A DNA stretch of 64,000 nt from an uncultured Alphaproteobacteria bacterium (GTDB lineage: Bacteria > Pseudomonadota > Alphaproteobacteria > Rhizobiales > Xanthobacteraceae), in contig CAWCCG010000008.1 of assembly GCA_963793985.1 (NCBI GenBank), positions 25,707 through 89,706 of the forward strand, in the 5' to 3' direction. The position numbers and the translations under genes are program-made. Below, in pieces: positions 1 to 10,602 of the stretch (positions are counted from its first letter, which is position 1; each line of letters starts with the position of its first letter). The notes under the pieces are model-generated. The model worked only from the letters and a program-made list of their open reading frames with translations, was not told where the DNA came from and made no database searches.

Positions 1-458
1 ACTTATGTCCCATAGCGCTTGTACAACATCTTATAAAAATATGCAATGGTATATACCGGTCGGGTTGACTGTGTCTCGCGTGACACGTTTTTCTTGGTAT
101 CGGGCGCCGATCGACGGCAAAACAGATGCCGCAAAAATCGATATTGAAATTTTCCGTTCGAAATATCTTGCGGCGGGGTCGCCAAGGCGCTTTCAGGGCG
201 CACACATGGCCTGGGCTCGACGCATTGCCCGGCTTCGCCACGCGCATGAGGACGCGCCGTGCGGCCTTGTCGGGGCGCTCCACGAGCGCTGTCCCGAGAC
301 GAACGCGACAATCGCCATCCGAGGTATGCGCAGCCTGGAGCATGCGAGCTTGGCGAGCCTGGGGAGCCCATTTAGCCGCACGCCGATATGGTCCGGATGA
401 CTGCAGGCCGCACGCAAACCGCCGCACGCCAAGGCACGCCGGCGGACGCGCCCACGCG

Positions 459-487
459 AAAAGCCCCGGCTGCAAGCCGGGGCTTTC
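459..487 (-). terminator. Stem-loop terminator candidate downstream of the porin-like gene
   Basis: 8-bp GC stem (GCCCCGGC / GCCGGGGC) with a TGCAA loop, flanked by AAAA and TTT. It lies about 40 nt past the stop codon at 528. Confidence 0.5.
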
Positions 488-527
488 GGATCTGCGTTCC
501 TCTCGAGGCGTGCGGAACCGAGAAGGA

Positions 528-1337
528 TCAGAACTTGTAGTTCAGTCCGACCTTGACGAGGTTGACCGGCGACGGCTTCTGCTGCCAGCAGAAGCTCTGA
601 CCGAGTATCGAATCGGTGCCGCATGCGTTGTAGCCCGACTTGCCGTCGAGCCACATGTATTCGAATTTGCCGGTCCAGTGATCCCACATCGCATACTCGA
701 CACCGCCGCCCAGCGCGAAAGGCGTCTGCGACTTGCTGCCGGTCGCTGTGATGGTGTCGGGCACGCCCACGCCAGGCGTGATTGCGCTCACCGTGGCGCT
801 GGTATCGTAGAACGCGACGCCGGCCTTTCCGTAGAGGAGGATGCGCTCGTAGAAGACCCAACCCAAGCGGCCGGCGATGAGGCCGTAGGTGTTACCCAAC
901 TTGGAGGAGCCGATCACGTCGGTGCTGAGCGGCTCCACCGCCGACCCGCTCAGGCTCATGTAGCCGCCTTCGCCTTCGACGCCGACGACGATCCCCCCGA
1001 GCGGGGAATTCGCCGGACCCGACCAAAGCTGATAATTGCAGCCGGCGTTGCCACCGCCCACGAAGCTCGTATTCTCGCTATAGCTCCAGGGATTGGCACC
1101 GACCGGACTGAACAGCGGCGCAGGCACAGGCCCGCTGCTCCCGAGGTCCGTCGACTGCCAAGTATTGGCGGTGGCAAAGCCGATGTATCCGCCGACGTAG
1201 CAGCCGGTCCAGCTGAAGCGCGGAGCGACCGGCAATGGCGCCAGATCCGCAGCGCTAGCCGACTCGGCAACGCCAATGACTGCGCCGGCAAGCACAAGCG
1301 TTGCGAGCGCAGTTCGCGTTATAAAATTGTGTTTCAT
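528..1337 (-). CDS. Outer-membrane beta-barrel protein, Omp25/Omp31/RopB-like porin family
   Basis: 269-aa intact ORF. Signal peptide MKHNFITRTALATLVLAGAVIGVAESASA, then the WTGCYVGGYIG motif. Gly/Tyr-rich alternating strands and a C-terminal aromatic end (GLNYKF). Confidence 0.85.
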   Translation of the reverse strand: MKHNFITRTALATLVLAGAVIGVAESASAADLAPLPVAPRFSWTGCYVGGYIGFATANTWQSTDLGSSGPVPAPLFSPVGANPWSYSENTSFVGGGNAGCNYQLWSGPANSPLGGIVVGVEGEGGYMSLSGSAVEPLSTDVIGSSKLGNTYGLIAGRLGWVFYERILLYGKAGVAFYDTSATVSAITPGVGVPDTITATGSKSQTPFALGGGVEYAMWDHWTGKFEYMWLDGKSGYNACGTDSILGQSFCWQQKPSPVNLVKVGLNYKF

Positions 1338-2137
1338 TTCCGCAGCCCCAACCCCGTACGACGGCTCTGCCGCGCACAGGTCCCCGTATCACCCCAGCTT
1401 CGCCATCTTGATTTATGGAGGGGTAGTAAATCGATATTGTTAATCGGCCAATTTCATCTTTTTATAATATCTTTTTTGCCGCAACTCGCCGTTTTGCGTG
1501 AATGGGCAGCAACTGCGTGTCATGTTGCCCGAGATTCGCGCTGCGCCGCCCGGATTTCGGTGGAGCAAACGCGCGAATTCACTCCTATTGCAGATGCCCT
1601 CCACGACCCTCGTGCAACGATAGCCGCGTGCCGGGTCAACGCCAGAAATATTTTTTCTTTATGACTTTCTTACAACAACGCGGTCTGGCTCACCTCGAAA
1701 TCCCACCGGCCAGCCTTCATCTTCGCGCCAGGATATTGGACCGGACAGTCCCCGCATGGCGCGGCGTCGACCATGAGAACTCATCGCGTTTCGTCAATCG
1801 GTTGCGGCGCGGCGGCTGACAGTCGCCAAGCGACCGCCGTGGCACCGCGAGGCCCGCGCGCCGACACGCGCCGCAAACGTGCCAGCGCCGGTGGCAACGC
1901 CGGCGCTGCGCGGCTCGAGCGGTCGACGAGATCGAACACCGCCGCCGAACATCTTTTTTTCATATTCAATCGGCCGGTAGCGAACGGACTGCGCAGCCGG
2001 ATTTCACGAGCTCGCGGCGCCTCTGCAACCGCACTTTCGCCCTGCGGCACAAGCCTTGCGTACACTTCTGCGCCCTTGGCTGAAATCATTGGATGAGCGT
2101 CGTGCCGACTGCATATGCGAGGCTTGTTACGACGCGC

Positions 2138-3001
2138 ATGTCGCGCGGCCACAGCAAGACATCTGCACAGCTTCGCGCGACTGCGCTGCGGTGCGCGATG
2201 GCGGCCGCGGGATTCGCCGCGCACGCGTGCATGGCGATGACGTCGGCGCTCGCTGAGGATTCCGAGATCACCACCCGCCGCAGCTCCGAGCGGATCGGAT
2301 TCTCCAACGAGGAGATCGCCGACGGTTTCTTCAAGGTCGCGTTCGGGGCCGAGCTCCGCGTCGCCGGCGGTAACGATCGCATCCGCAAGTTCGAAGCGCC
2401 GGTGCGCGTCTTCATCGACAACCGGGTCCGGGCCGACCGCAGCGGCATGATCGCGAAGGTGGTCGCCGACATCGCCGAGCACGTCGATCAACTCGACATC
2501 GCAGTGACCCAGGACCGCCGCGCCGCGAACATGGTCGTCACGCTGGTGCGTCACCGGGATCTCAAGCAGACCATCCGCGCGTTCTACGGACCGGAGCGCG
2601 CACGGCAGATCGAGCAGCAGCTCAATCCCGAGTGCCTGTCCGGATTCGCCGAGGATCGCCAGCACCGCATCCAGCGCGCCGAGGTCATTCTCGCCGCGGA
2701 CGGCAGCGACTTCCGCTTCTTCGATTGCGCCTACGAGGAGCTGCTGCAGTCGCTCGGCCCGATCAACGACGATCGTTCGGTGCCCTGGACGATGTTCAAC
2801 GACGAGGTCCAGATGGGCTTCTTCGACGTATACGACCAGTATCTGCTCAACATCCTCTACGACTCGCGCATTCGGCCCGGAATGTCGCGCGATGAGGTGA
2901 GGGCCATGTTGCCTGAGGTCCTGCCGCAGGTGCGCGAGCGCGTGGCGCGCACCAATCCGCGGGCGCGTGCCGCATTGGAGGAAGCAAGCGGCTTACACTG
3001 A
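2138..3001 (+). CDS. DUF2927-like secreted protein
   Basis: ORF 2093-3001; the ATG at 2138 gives a signal-like N-terminus (AAAGFAAHACMAMTSALA). The body (FFKVAFGAE, IRKFEAPVRVFI, FFDCAYEELLQSLGPINDD, LLNILYD) matches my recollection of DUF2927. The antisense ORF 1781-2665 is a GC shadow. Confidence 0.6.
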   Translation: MSRGHSKTSAQLRATALRCAMAAAGFAAHACMAMTSALAEDSEITTRRSSERIGFSNEEIADGFFKVAFGAELRVAGGNDRIRKFEAPVRVFIDNRVRADRSGMIAKVVADIAEHVDQLDIAVTQDRRAANMVVTLVRHRDLKQTIRAFYGPERARQIEQQLNPECLSGFAEDRQHRIQRAEVILAADGSDFRFFDCAYEELLQSLGPINDDRSVPWTMFNDEVQMGFFDVYDQYLLNILYDSRIRPGMSRDEVRAMLPEVLPQVRERVARTNPRARAALEEASGLH

Positions 3002-3039
3002 CTGAATTGATCACGCGGTTGGGGTGCGGGGAAAGAGAA

Positions 3040-3071
3040 AACGGCTTCCGCTTCGACAAGCGGAAGCCGTT
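3040..3071. terminator. Bidirectional hairpin between convergent genes
   Basis: Perfect 14-bp stem AACGGCTTCCGCTT / AAGCGGAAGCCGTT with a CGAC loop. It sits between the stop at 3001 (+) and the stop at 3115 (-). Confidence 0.55.
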
Positions 3072-3114
3072 CGAGGTCTCCCGGCGAAGACCTGCGTTGA
3101 CTTGCCTTGCCCGC

Positions 3115-3348
3115 TTACTTCTTGGGCGGGTGATTGACGCCAACTCCTCCCGATGAGGAGGAGAAGCTCGTGATGTCGCTGCGGCTCTCGCGCACCACCG
3201 GGGCGCGGTTGCGCTTGTGGGCGGCCATCACGAAACCAGTGTCAGCCTGAATCGCCGCGTGAGACATCACCGGCGCAGCCGAAACGCCCGTCACCAACAA
3301 GATCGAGCCGAGCATGGCGCCTGCCATGCCAATCATTGCCTTGCGCAT
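3115..3348 (-). CDS. Small secreted hypothetical protein
   Basis: The ATG at 3348 is preceded by GGAGG. N-terminus MRKAMIGMAGAMLGSILLVTGVSAAP looks like a signal peptide. About 77 aa; no family recognised. Confidence 0.45.
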   Translation of the reverse strand: MRKAMIGMAGAMLGSILLVTGVSAAPVMSHAAIQADTGFVMAAHKRNRAPVVRESRSDITSFSSSSGGVGVNHPPKK

Positions 3349-3652
3349 GATTTCCTCCAGCACGAACGGCAGGTTGCCTGCCTTGCCGATGAATATGAGC
3401 CGTTTTGGCGATGTGCGCAAGAGTTATGCGAGTGCATCGAAATTAATCAACCAAAGAGCGTGGTCCGGATTTAGGCTGCCGGGACCAGCGGGTTTCGGAT
3501 GCTTCCAAGCCCGATTTTGCTTGGTAGTTCAGCAATGAGATCAATATAGCCAGGGTGTTGGGGCCTTCGTCCGCGAGAATGCCACGCGCGCGAGCGCACA
3601 TGCGCACAATCGTGGTGCCGCGCTCGGCATTAGCGCTGGAGGTGAGGATAAG

Positions 3653-4054
3653 TCAGGTCGCGCGGCGGCCGGCGGCGCCCAATGCGAGGCGCGTGCTGAT
3701 GATCCTCTCGAGCATGTCGAAGTCCACCGGCTTCACAACGAAATCATCGGCGCCGGCGAGCTGGGCCCGCAGGGCGACCTCGCGCTCGGACTGACCACTC
3801 AGGAAGATGAAGGGGATGTTCCGGAACGATGGCGCGGCGGCGGCCAGTCGATCGAGAACGTCGAAGCCGGACATGACGGGCATCATCAGATCCGACAGCA
3901 CCAGGTCGGGCGCTGCTTCGAAGATCGCCGAACAGCCTTCCTGCCCGCTGTAGGCCGTGCGCACCTCGTAGCCCCGATCGGTCAGATCCTCGGCGACCAG
4001 GTCGGCAATCTCGCGATCATCCTCGATGATCTGAATTCTCTTCGCGCCTGCCAT
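3653..4054 (-). CDS. Single-domain response regulator (CheY-like receiver)
   Basis: KRIQIIEDDREIADLV supplies the acidic pocket and LVLSDLMMPVMSGFDVL the phospho-acceptor Asp. FIFLSG and DDFVVKP supply the conserved Ser/Thr and Lys. No output domain and no adjacent kinase. Confidence 0.85.
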   Translation of the reverse strand: MAGAKRIQIIEDDREIADLVAEDLTDRGYEVRTAYSGQEGCSAIFEAAPDLVLSDLMMPVMSGFDVLDRLAAAAPSFRNIPFIFLSGQSEREVALRAQLAGADDFVVKPVDFDMLERIISTRLALGAAGRRAT

Positions 4055-4453
4055 CGCCGCCAGCCGAACCGATTCCACGCAACCTGCCCCCATACTGGGA
4101 CAATCCATTTGTTTTAGAGTAAAGCGGTTGCGCTGCAAAATATTATTAAAGTATTTTCTTGCGCAGCGAGGTAAAGATCAGCTGCATTTTCGCTCAGATT
4201 TCAGGCAGAGTTGGATGCTCCATGACGCCTTCGAAAGCACCCAGCTGACCCCGCGCCCCATCCCCTGCGAAATCGGAGAGCGCTTGCAGCGTGCGGCCAC
4301 GCCGCCCGCGACGCCGAGCGGGCGACCTCAACCCAACCAGAACGAGGCTTCAAGGGAATCGCGAAAAGACCGCTGACCCCAGAAGGGGACGGCGGTCATC
4401 GGTGCTGCGCGACAGGAACCAGCGGCGCCGGCTCGTGCCGACGCCGCGCAACC

Positions 4454-5233
4454 TTACCAGACCCTGAAGTTAATACCCGCGCGGAGCATCCATCCGCTGT
4501 CGGTGCCGGCGGTCACGACGTGCGCCGCGGTGACTGGACCAGCTCCCGTCGCCCCGCCGGCCATGAACTGCGACCCCTCGAGTTGGTACCACAGGCCTTC
4601 GACCTTCGCGCTGATGACGTTAGTGAACGCATATTCAAGTCCGCCGCCGACAGTGCCGCCGATCCGCGTCGCCGAATAGCTGTTGATGTAGTTCTCACCG
4701 GTCGCCGGAAACGCGAACGAGTAGTAGTAATTCGTATTGCCCAGCGCGAGACCGCCAGTCGCGTAGACGAGCAGACGATCGAAGGCATAGCCGACGCGCC
4801 CACGGATGGTCGAGATCGACTGCATATTCTCGGTGGCAGTGCCGGTCCCCGACACGAAGCCGGCTACGTTGGTATTGACCGACTTGGTGTTCTTCAGGTT
4901 TGCCCAGTCGGCATCCGCCTCGAGGCCGATGACATAGGCGGCCGCGGTCGGCTGCCAGTTACAACCGGCCTGACCGCCGGCGATGCCACCATGCGAGCTC
5001 TCGCCGTAAGTGCTCGGCGTCGCGCCGGACGAAAAGGCAGGACCAAAGAAGGTCGGGTCGTTGTTGCCGATCGTGAACGACATGCTGTTCCACGCGCCGC
5101 CGCCGTTCGCGCCGAAGTAGCACCCCGACCAGTTGTAATAGACAGGTGCGGGCGCCTTAAACGCGAGGTCGGCCGCAAATGCCGAGCTGCCGGCAAGCGT
5201 CGCTGCCACAGCGATAAGTACTATTCTCTTCAT
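4454..5233 (-). CDS. Outer-membrane beta-barrel protein, Omp25/Omp31/RopB-like porin family (paralog of 528-1337)
   Basis: Signal peptide MKRIVLIAVAATLAGSSAFA, then the WSGCYFGANGGGAW motif, and a C-terminal GINFRVW. Intact ORF. Confidence 0.85.
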   Translation of the reverse strand: MKRIVLIAVAATLAGSSAFAADLAFKAPAPVYYNWSGCYFGANGGGAWNSMSFTIGNNDPTFFGPAFSSGATPSTYGESSHGGIAGGQAGCNWQPTAAAYVIGLEADADWANLKNTKSVNTNVAGFVSGTGTATENMQSISTIRGRVGYAFDRLLVYATGGLALGNTNYYYSFAFPATGENYINSYSATRIGGTVGGGLEYAFTNVISAKVEGLWYQLEGSQFMAGGATGAGPVTAAHVVTAGTDSGWMLRAGINFRVW

Positions 5234-5472
5234 TGAGGCCCCCACAAATTGTCGTTGGCTAATGTTTTAACACCAGCGAGGCATCGAATCTGTAGCATTT
5301 TCGCCACACTCGAAATATAGTTACGCCTGTGTCGCAGGCAGCACTTGCCATTGCCTAATTTTCGCGCAGCCGCGCTTTTGAATCGGCCACGAAGCCACGT
5401 GTGGATTGCGACCCTTATGAGCAGCGAGATCGGGGAGGCTGATGAAATATCGCCATAAATGAGTGAGATCGA

Positions 5473-6249
5473 TTGACCCTGGACCATGCGTTTGGGTGGG
5501 GGTTCATGTTTCGCAAGGGCCTGGAGGGGCGACGACGCGGCAGCATTCTGGTTCAGCTCGGAGCGAGCGCGGGCGTGCTCGTGCTGCCGCCGCTGATGCT
5601 ATCTGCCGGCGTGGCGCTGTTCGGGTCCCAAACCGAGGACCGGCTGCAGATCGCCGCCGACCAGACCGTCGCATCCGCCGTCTCCAAGTCATCCGCCTTG
5701 ATCGCTCTGTCGCCACGTCCGCGCGAAATATCCAAGAGCGCCGACCGCCCGCCATTGCAAAACGAGCCGGCGGCCAGCGCCGCATCGTCCCCCGCCGCCG
5801 AACCCGTGATCGAGATCGTCGAAACGGACAAAGAGATGGAGGGCGATGTCGCGGCCGAGCCGACGCCATACCTCGGTCCCGTTCCGGTCACGCTCGTCGT
5901 TGTTCGCAAGGAGCCCGAACCGGAGGCGGACGAAGCCGAGGAGGAAACGGCTGCTCCCGCTACCGTCGCGTCCGTCGCACCTGATGTCATCCCGCAGGAT
6001 GTTCCCAAGCCGCCGAGCATTCGCATCGCCCATCCCCGCACCAAAGCGGACCGCGAGGAGACGCGCGCGTCGCGCCGGATCGCCGAGAAGCGTCCACGCG
6101 CCCCTGCCGGACACGCCCCCGCGGCGCACGGCCCCGTCGCGCACGCGCCCGTCGCGCACGGCGCGGCGCCGAAGCGCGTCACCGCGTCGGCTGGACCGAA
6201 AGCCAAGCCGAAAGGCGGCCTGCAGCGTCGCGCCGATCTCGAGAACTGA
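5473..6249 (+). CDS. Hypothetical Pro/Ala/Glu-rich protein with an N-terminal hydrophobic segment
   Basis: 258-aa ORF with one hydrophobic stretch (ILVQLGASAGVLVLPPLMLSAGVALF) followed by low-complexity sequence including HAPAAHGPVAHAPVAHGA. Its composition differs from the Arg-rich shadow ORFs on the other strand. No family recognised. Confidence 0.4.
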   Translation: MTLDHAFGWGFMFRKGLEGRRRGSILVQLGASAGVLVLPPLMLSAGVALFGSQTEDRLQIAADQTVASAVSKSSALIALSPRPREISKSADRPPLQNEPAASAASSPAAEPVIEIVETDKEMEGDVAAEPTPYLGPVPVTLVVVRKEPEPEADEAEEETAAPATVASVAPDVIPQDVPKPPSIRIAHPRTKADREETRASRRIAEKRPRAPAGHAPAAHGPVAHAPVAHGAAPKRVTASAGPKAKPKGGLQRRADLEN

Positions 6250-6480
6250 CGCCTCGTCGCGCTCCCGCCTTCGGTTGCCGACGCGCAGAGCTTAGCCTCG
6301 ACGTTATTCATCCCAACCCGTGGCCGGTCGCGAGCGAATTCGCTGTGGCCGAGCGCACGCGCGCCGCGGCGCCGCACCTCGGCCGATGGCGCCGCCATCC
6401 CCTGTGAAGTACTATCGCCGCGATGTCGCGGTCACCGTGCGCTTGACGCAGGTTGCGACCGCTTCCTAGAGGGAACAGTG

Positions 6481-7227
6481 ATGGCCGAGTCGGCAAAGTA
6501 CGCGCGCAGAGACGTCCTCAAACAGATTGCGACAGTCGCCGGTTCGGCGCAGCTCGCGCCCGCGGCGGCGGCGACGGCAGCGACCGCCGGCGCGGTCGGC
6601 ATCGCTCGGGCCGAAACGCCGGCCGCGCCGACGCCCACGCTTCCAGCCGGATACCAGTCGTTGAGTCTCGACGAAGCCGCGTTCGTCGAGGCGCTCGTCA
6701 ATGTCATGTGCCCGGCGGATCACCTGACGCCGAGCGGCGTCGATTGCGGACTTGCGGTCTTCATGGATCGCCAGCTCGCCGGCGGTTTCGGCCAGGGCGA
6801 GCGGCTTTACGCGCACGGGCCGTGGAAGAAGGGCAAACCGCAATTCGGCTACCAGCTTCCGCTCACGCCGGAGCAGTTCTTCAAGGTCGGCGTCGCTGCC
6901 GCGAATGCGGCGTGTCGAAAGCAATCCGGCAAGAGCTTCGACGCACTGACGCCGGCCGAGGCCGACGCGTTTTTGGCGCAGCTTGCGGGCGGCAAGGTCA
7001 CCGATGAGCGGGTGCCGCTCGCGTCCTGGTTCAACGAGCTCGTGTATCCGCTGTTCGAGCAGGCCTGCTATGCCGACCCGATTTACGGCGGCAACAACGA
7101 CAAAGTTTTCTGGCGCATGATCGGCTATCCGGGGCTGCCGGCGACGCATCAGCGCGACATCGTCACCTATCGTGGAAAGCCCTACCCCGGCGCCAACGAT
7201 CCCAAATCGATCGCCGACTTCAGCTGA
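6481..7227 (+). CDS. Gluconate 2-dehydrogenase subunit 3 (gamma) family protein with a Tat-type signal
   Basis: Twin-arginine motif ARRDVLKQIATVAGSA. The body (LSLDEAAFVEALVNVMCPAD, ACYADPIYGGNNDKVFWRMIGYPG) is typical of the small subunit paired with GMC flavoproteins. Intact. Confidence 0.8.
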   Translation: MAESAKYARRDVLKQIATVAGSAQLAPAAAATAATAGAVGIARAETPAAPTPTLPAGYQSLSLDEAAFVEALVNVMCPADHLTPSGVDCGLAVFMDRQLAGGFGQGERLYAHGPWKKGKPQFGYQLPLTPEQFFKVGVAAANAACRKQSGKSFDALTPAEADAFLAQLAGGKVTDERVPLASWFNELVYPLFEQACYADPIYGGNNDKVFWRMIGYPGLPATHQRDIVTYRGKPYPGANDPKSIADFS

Positions 7228-7239
7228 GGAGAACCGCAA

Positions 7240-9009
7240 ATGGCCACCAAGCTGAACAAACGGACCGTCGTCATCGTCGGCGGAGGACTGACCGCGGCAC
7301 TCGTTGCGCGGCAGCTGACCGCCAAAGGCACCGATGTCCTCGTGCTCGAGCGCGGCGCCGACCGGCGCAATGCCGCCGCGGCGAAGCTTCCCAATCAGCG
7401 CGACGAGCTGCGCTGGGACATCCGCGGCGGGCTCGGGCAGGACTGGTCGATCGGAGACCTACACGATCCGCCACAACCCCAAGCGACGAAGCGCTGCCGG
7501 CACGCCGGCTCGCTGCGTTTCTGCCCGGCGACGGCGTGGGCGGCGCCGCAAGCCATTGGAACGGCTTCACCTGGCGATGGTCGGAGTATGATCCGACGCT
7601 GCGCACCCGCCTCGAGACGCGCTACGGCAAGCAGGCGATCCCCGCGGACATGCCGATCGCAGGACTGGGGCGTGACCTATGCGGAGATGGAGCCCTATCA
7701 CCATCTGTTCGAGAAGCTCTACGGCCTCTCCGGCAAGGCCGGCAACATCAAGGGCGCGATCAGCCCGGCGGCAATCCGTTCGAAGCGCCGCGGCGCGACG
7801 ACTATCCGCAGCCGCCGCTCGAACCCACCGAAGCGGGGCTGATCTTCAAGGCCGCCTGCGAGAAGCTCGGCTACAAGCCCTTCATCGCGCCGTCGGGCAA
7901 TTCATCCGGCACCTACACCAATCCGGACGGCATGAAGCTCGGCGCCTGCCAGTACTGCGGCCACTGCGAGAAGTTCATGTGCGAGGCGCAGGCGAAGGCG
8001 ACGCCGGAGACGCTGCTCTATCCGGTCCTGTTCGAGCGGCAAGAGCTTCGAGATGCGGCATGCACTGCCACGTGTTCGGCGTCGATTACGACAAGCAGGC
8101 CAAGCGGGCGACCGGCGTGCGCTACGTCGATCTGCTGACCGGCGAGGAGTTCGAGCAGCCGGCGGATGTCGTCGTGCTCGCCGCCTTCACGATGACCAAC
8201 ACGCGGCTCCTGCTGCTCGGCGGCATCGGCAAGCCCTACGATCCGGCTTCGCGGCGCCGGCGTGGTCGGCAAGAACTTCTGCTACCAGACCAACTCCGCG
8301 GTGAACGTGTTCATGAAGGATTGGTGGATCAATCCGTTCCTGGCGAGCGGCAGCACCGGCACCACGATCGACGAGTTCAACAACGACAACTTCGACCACA
8401 GCGGTCTCGGCTTCCTCGGCGGGGCGGGCATCAGCGCCAATCTCACCAATGGACGGCCGATCGGAAGCCGCCGGCTGCCGCCCGGCACGCCGCGCTGGGG
8501 CACCAAATGGAAACAGGCGAGCGCGGACTGGTACGCGCATTCCTTCACCATGCAGGCCCAGGGCTCGAGCTATCCGCATCGCGACAACTATCTCGATCTC
8601 GATCCCGACTATCAGGACGCTTATGGCCAGCCGTTGGTGCGGATGACGTTCGACTGGCGCGACAACGACATGAAGATGTCGGAGTACTGCACGCAAGAAG
8701 ATGGCCGAGATCGCCAAGGCGATGGACGCGACGATCGTCGGGCCGGCGGCGCCGCGCAAGAGCCCGTTCGACACCCGCGTCTATCAGAGCACGCACGTCA
8801 CCGGCGGCACGCCGATGGGGACCGATCCCGAAGACCAGCGTCGTCTCGCCAGCACCTGCAGCACTGGGACGCGCAGAACCTGTTCGTCGTCGGCGCTTCC
8901 GTCTATCCGCACAACGCCGGCTACAACCCGACCGGCGCTCCTCGCCGCGCTGGCGCTGCGGCTCGGCGACGATCTCACGAGCTACGTCGAACGGCCGCGG
9001 ATGCTTTGA
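7240..9009 (+). pseudogene. GMC-family FAD oxidoreductase (gluconate 2-dehydrogenase flavoprotein-like), multiply frameshifted
   Basis: Rossmann N-terminus VVIVGGGLTAALVARQLTAKGTDVLVLERG. Homologous segments continue in alternating frames: ETYTIRHNP, DEALPARRLAAFLPGDGVGGAASHWNG, QDWGVTYAEMEPYHHLFE, CQYCGHCEKFMCEA, VVLAAFTMTNTRLLLLGGIG, VVGKNFCYQ...RMTFDW, YQSTHVTGGTPMG, NLFVVGASVYPHNAGYNPTG. I count at least 9 frame changes by eye. Confidence 0.8.
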
Positions 9010-9061
9010 GGCGCAGCCTTACCCCCTGCGCCGACAGCATCCGGCGCAGCATCGGCACGAT

Positions 9062-10405
9062 TCACTTCGCCTTATAGCTCACGCGGTAGATGACGCCGTT
9101 GCCGTCGTCACTGAACAGCAGCGCGCCGTCCTTGGCGAAGGCGACGTCGACCGGCCGGCCCCAGACGTTCTCCTGGTTCGTCGCGAAGCCGGTGACGAAA
9201 TCCTGGTATTCGCCGGTCGGCTTGCCGTCCTTGAACGGAAGGCGGACGATCTTGTATCCGGTGTGGAGCTTGCGATTCCATGAGCCGTGCAGGGCGACAA
9301 AGGCATCGCCTTTCATCGCCGCCGGAAACTGATCGCCGTCGTTGAAGGCGAGGCCGAGCGGCGCAGAATGCGGCTGGATCAGCACGTCCGGCACGGTGAC
9401 CTTGCCCTTGAGATCCGGCCGCGGACCGCCGGCCGGCCGCGTATCTTCATGGTCGCCGATGTAATACCAGGGCCAACCGTAGAAGTGGCCCTCCTGCACC
9501 GAGGTCACGTAATCCGGCGGCAGGTTGTCGCCGAGGAGATCGCGCTCGTTGGTCGCGCAGTAGACGGTTCCGGTGCCTGGCTGCACGGCAAGGCCGGAGC
9601 AATTGCGGATGCCGGTCGCGAAGACGCGCTTGTTCTTGCCATCGGGATCGTAGGCGAGCACATCGGCCCTCCATTCATCCCGGCCCCATGTCGAGCCCAG
9701 TGCGTGGCTCTTCTCGAAGGAGACGAGATCGGGCTTCGCGCCCATGTCCTCGGCGATGTTGCCCGCCGAGCCCACCGCCACGTACATCGTCCTGCCGTCG
9801 GGCGAGAAAGCGATGTCGCGCGTCCAGTGGCTGCCGCCGGTCGGCAGATCGGAGACGACGGTTTGCGCGGGACCGGACGCCTTGAGGTCGCCGCTCTGGT
9901 AGGGATAGCGGACGACATCTTTCGTTCCGGCGATGTAGACCCATTTCGGGTCGGGGCCGGGCGGATAGAACGCGATGCCGTAGGGGTTGCGCAGGCCCGA
10001 CGCGAAAGTCTCGACGACGTCGGGCTTGTCGGCGCCGGGTTTCGCGCGCAGCACCATCACCCGGCCGTCGTTGCTGCGCGCGACGAAGATATCGCCGTTC
10101 GGAGCGACGCGGATCACGCGCGCGCCGCCCATGCCGGTCGCGAACGGCGCGACCGTAAAGCCAGGCATGGTCGCGAGCGACGCGCCGGCGGGCTTGGCGA
10201 TGACCCGTGAAACGTTCGCCGTCGGCGGCGTCTCGAGCGGCGCCGCGAGATCGTTGACGGTGATCTTGCGGATGACGCCCGGCGCATCGGTCTGCCAGTC
10301 GCCGTACGCCGCTTTGCCGGTGCGCACGTCCTCGGCGTGCGCAAGGGTCGACGTCGCAAGAAACACGGCAACTGACGAAGCGGTCCGGATCGCAGCGCGC
10401 GTCAT
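9062..10405 (-). CDS. PQQ-dependent sugar dehydrogenase (soluble glucose/sorbosone dehydrogenase family)
   Basis: 447 aa, intact, with a signal peptide. Beta-propeller-type repeats: RNPYGIAFYP, HWTRDIAFSPDG, GIRNCSGLAVQPGTG, FYGWPWYYIG, HSAPLGLAF, GRPVDVAFAKDGALLFSDD. Confidence 0.85.
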   Translation of the reverse strand: MTRAAIRTASSVAVFLATSTLAHAEDVRTGKAAYGDWQTDAPGVIRKITVNDLAAPLETPPTANVSRVIAKPAGASLATMPGFTVAPFATGMGGARVIRVAPNGDIFVARSNDGRVMVLRAKPGADKPDVVETFASGLRNPYGIAFYPPGPDPKWVYIAGTKDVVRYPYQSGDLKASGPAQTVVSDLPTGGSHWTRDIAFSPDGRTMYVAVGSAGNIAEDMGAKPDLVSFEKSHALGSTWGRDEWRADVLAYDPDGKNKRVFATGIRNCSGLAVQPGTGTVYCATNERDLLGDNLPPDYVTSVQEGHFYGWPWYYIGDHEDTRPAGGPRPDLKGKVTVPDVLIQPHSAPLGLAFNDGDQFPAAMKGDAFVALHGSWNRKLHTGYKIVRLPFKDGKPTGEYQDFVTGFATNQENVWGRPVDVAFAKDGALLFSDDGNGVIYRVSYKAK

Positions 10406-10602
10406 GGTTCCTCCAGGATGGCCAGCGTGTGGGAGGCATGATCGGTGACGCCGATGACAGGGTCAACGCCGCGGCCGATCACGCTCTGCTGATCGCAGGC
10501 GGTCGCACGCTGTCGAGGAGATCCGCGAAAGCCGTCCAGATGCCGAGATAGATTAGCGAGCTTCGCGGTCGCGCCGAGGTTCCATCAGGCTATAGTGCCG
10601 CC

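Noticed and set aside
126-1664. 512-aa plus-strand ORF, and the short ORFs 5-400 and 3-371, at the left edge
   Set aside because: The long ORF overlaps the porin gene in antisense and is Arg-rich. The left-edge ORFs have no recognisable features, and the first ~200 nt are AT-rich non-coding-like sequence. I found no supportable gene upstream of 459.
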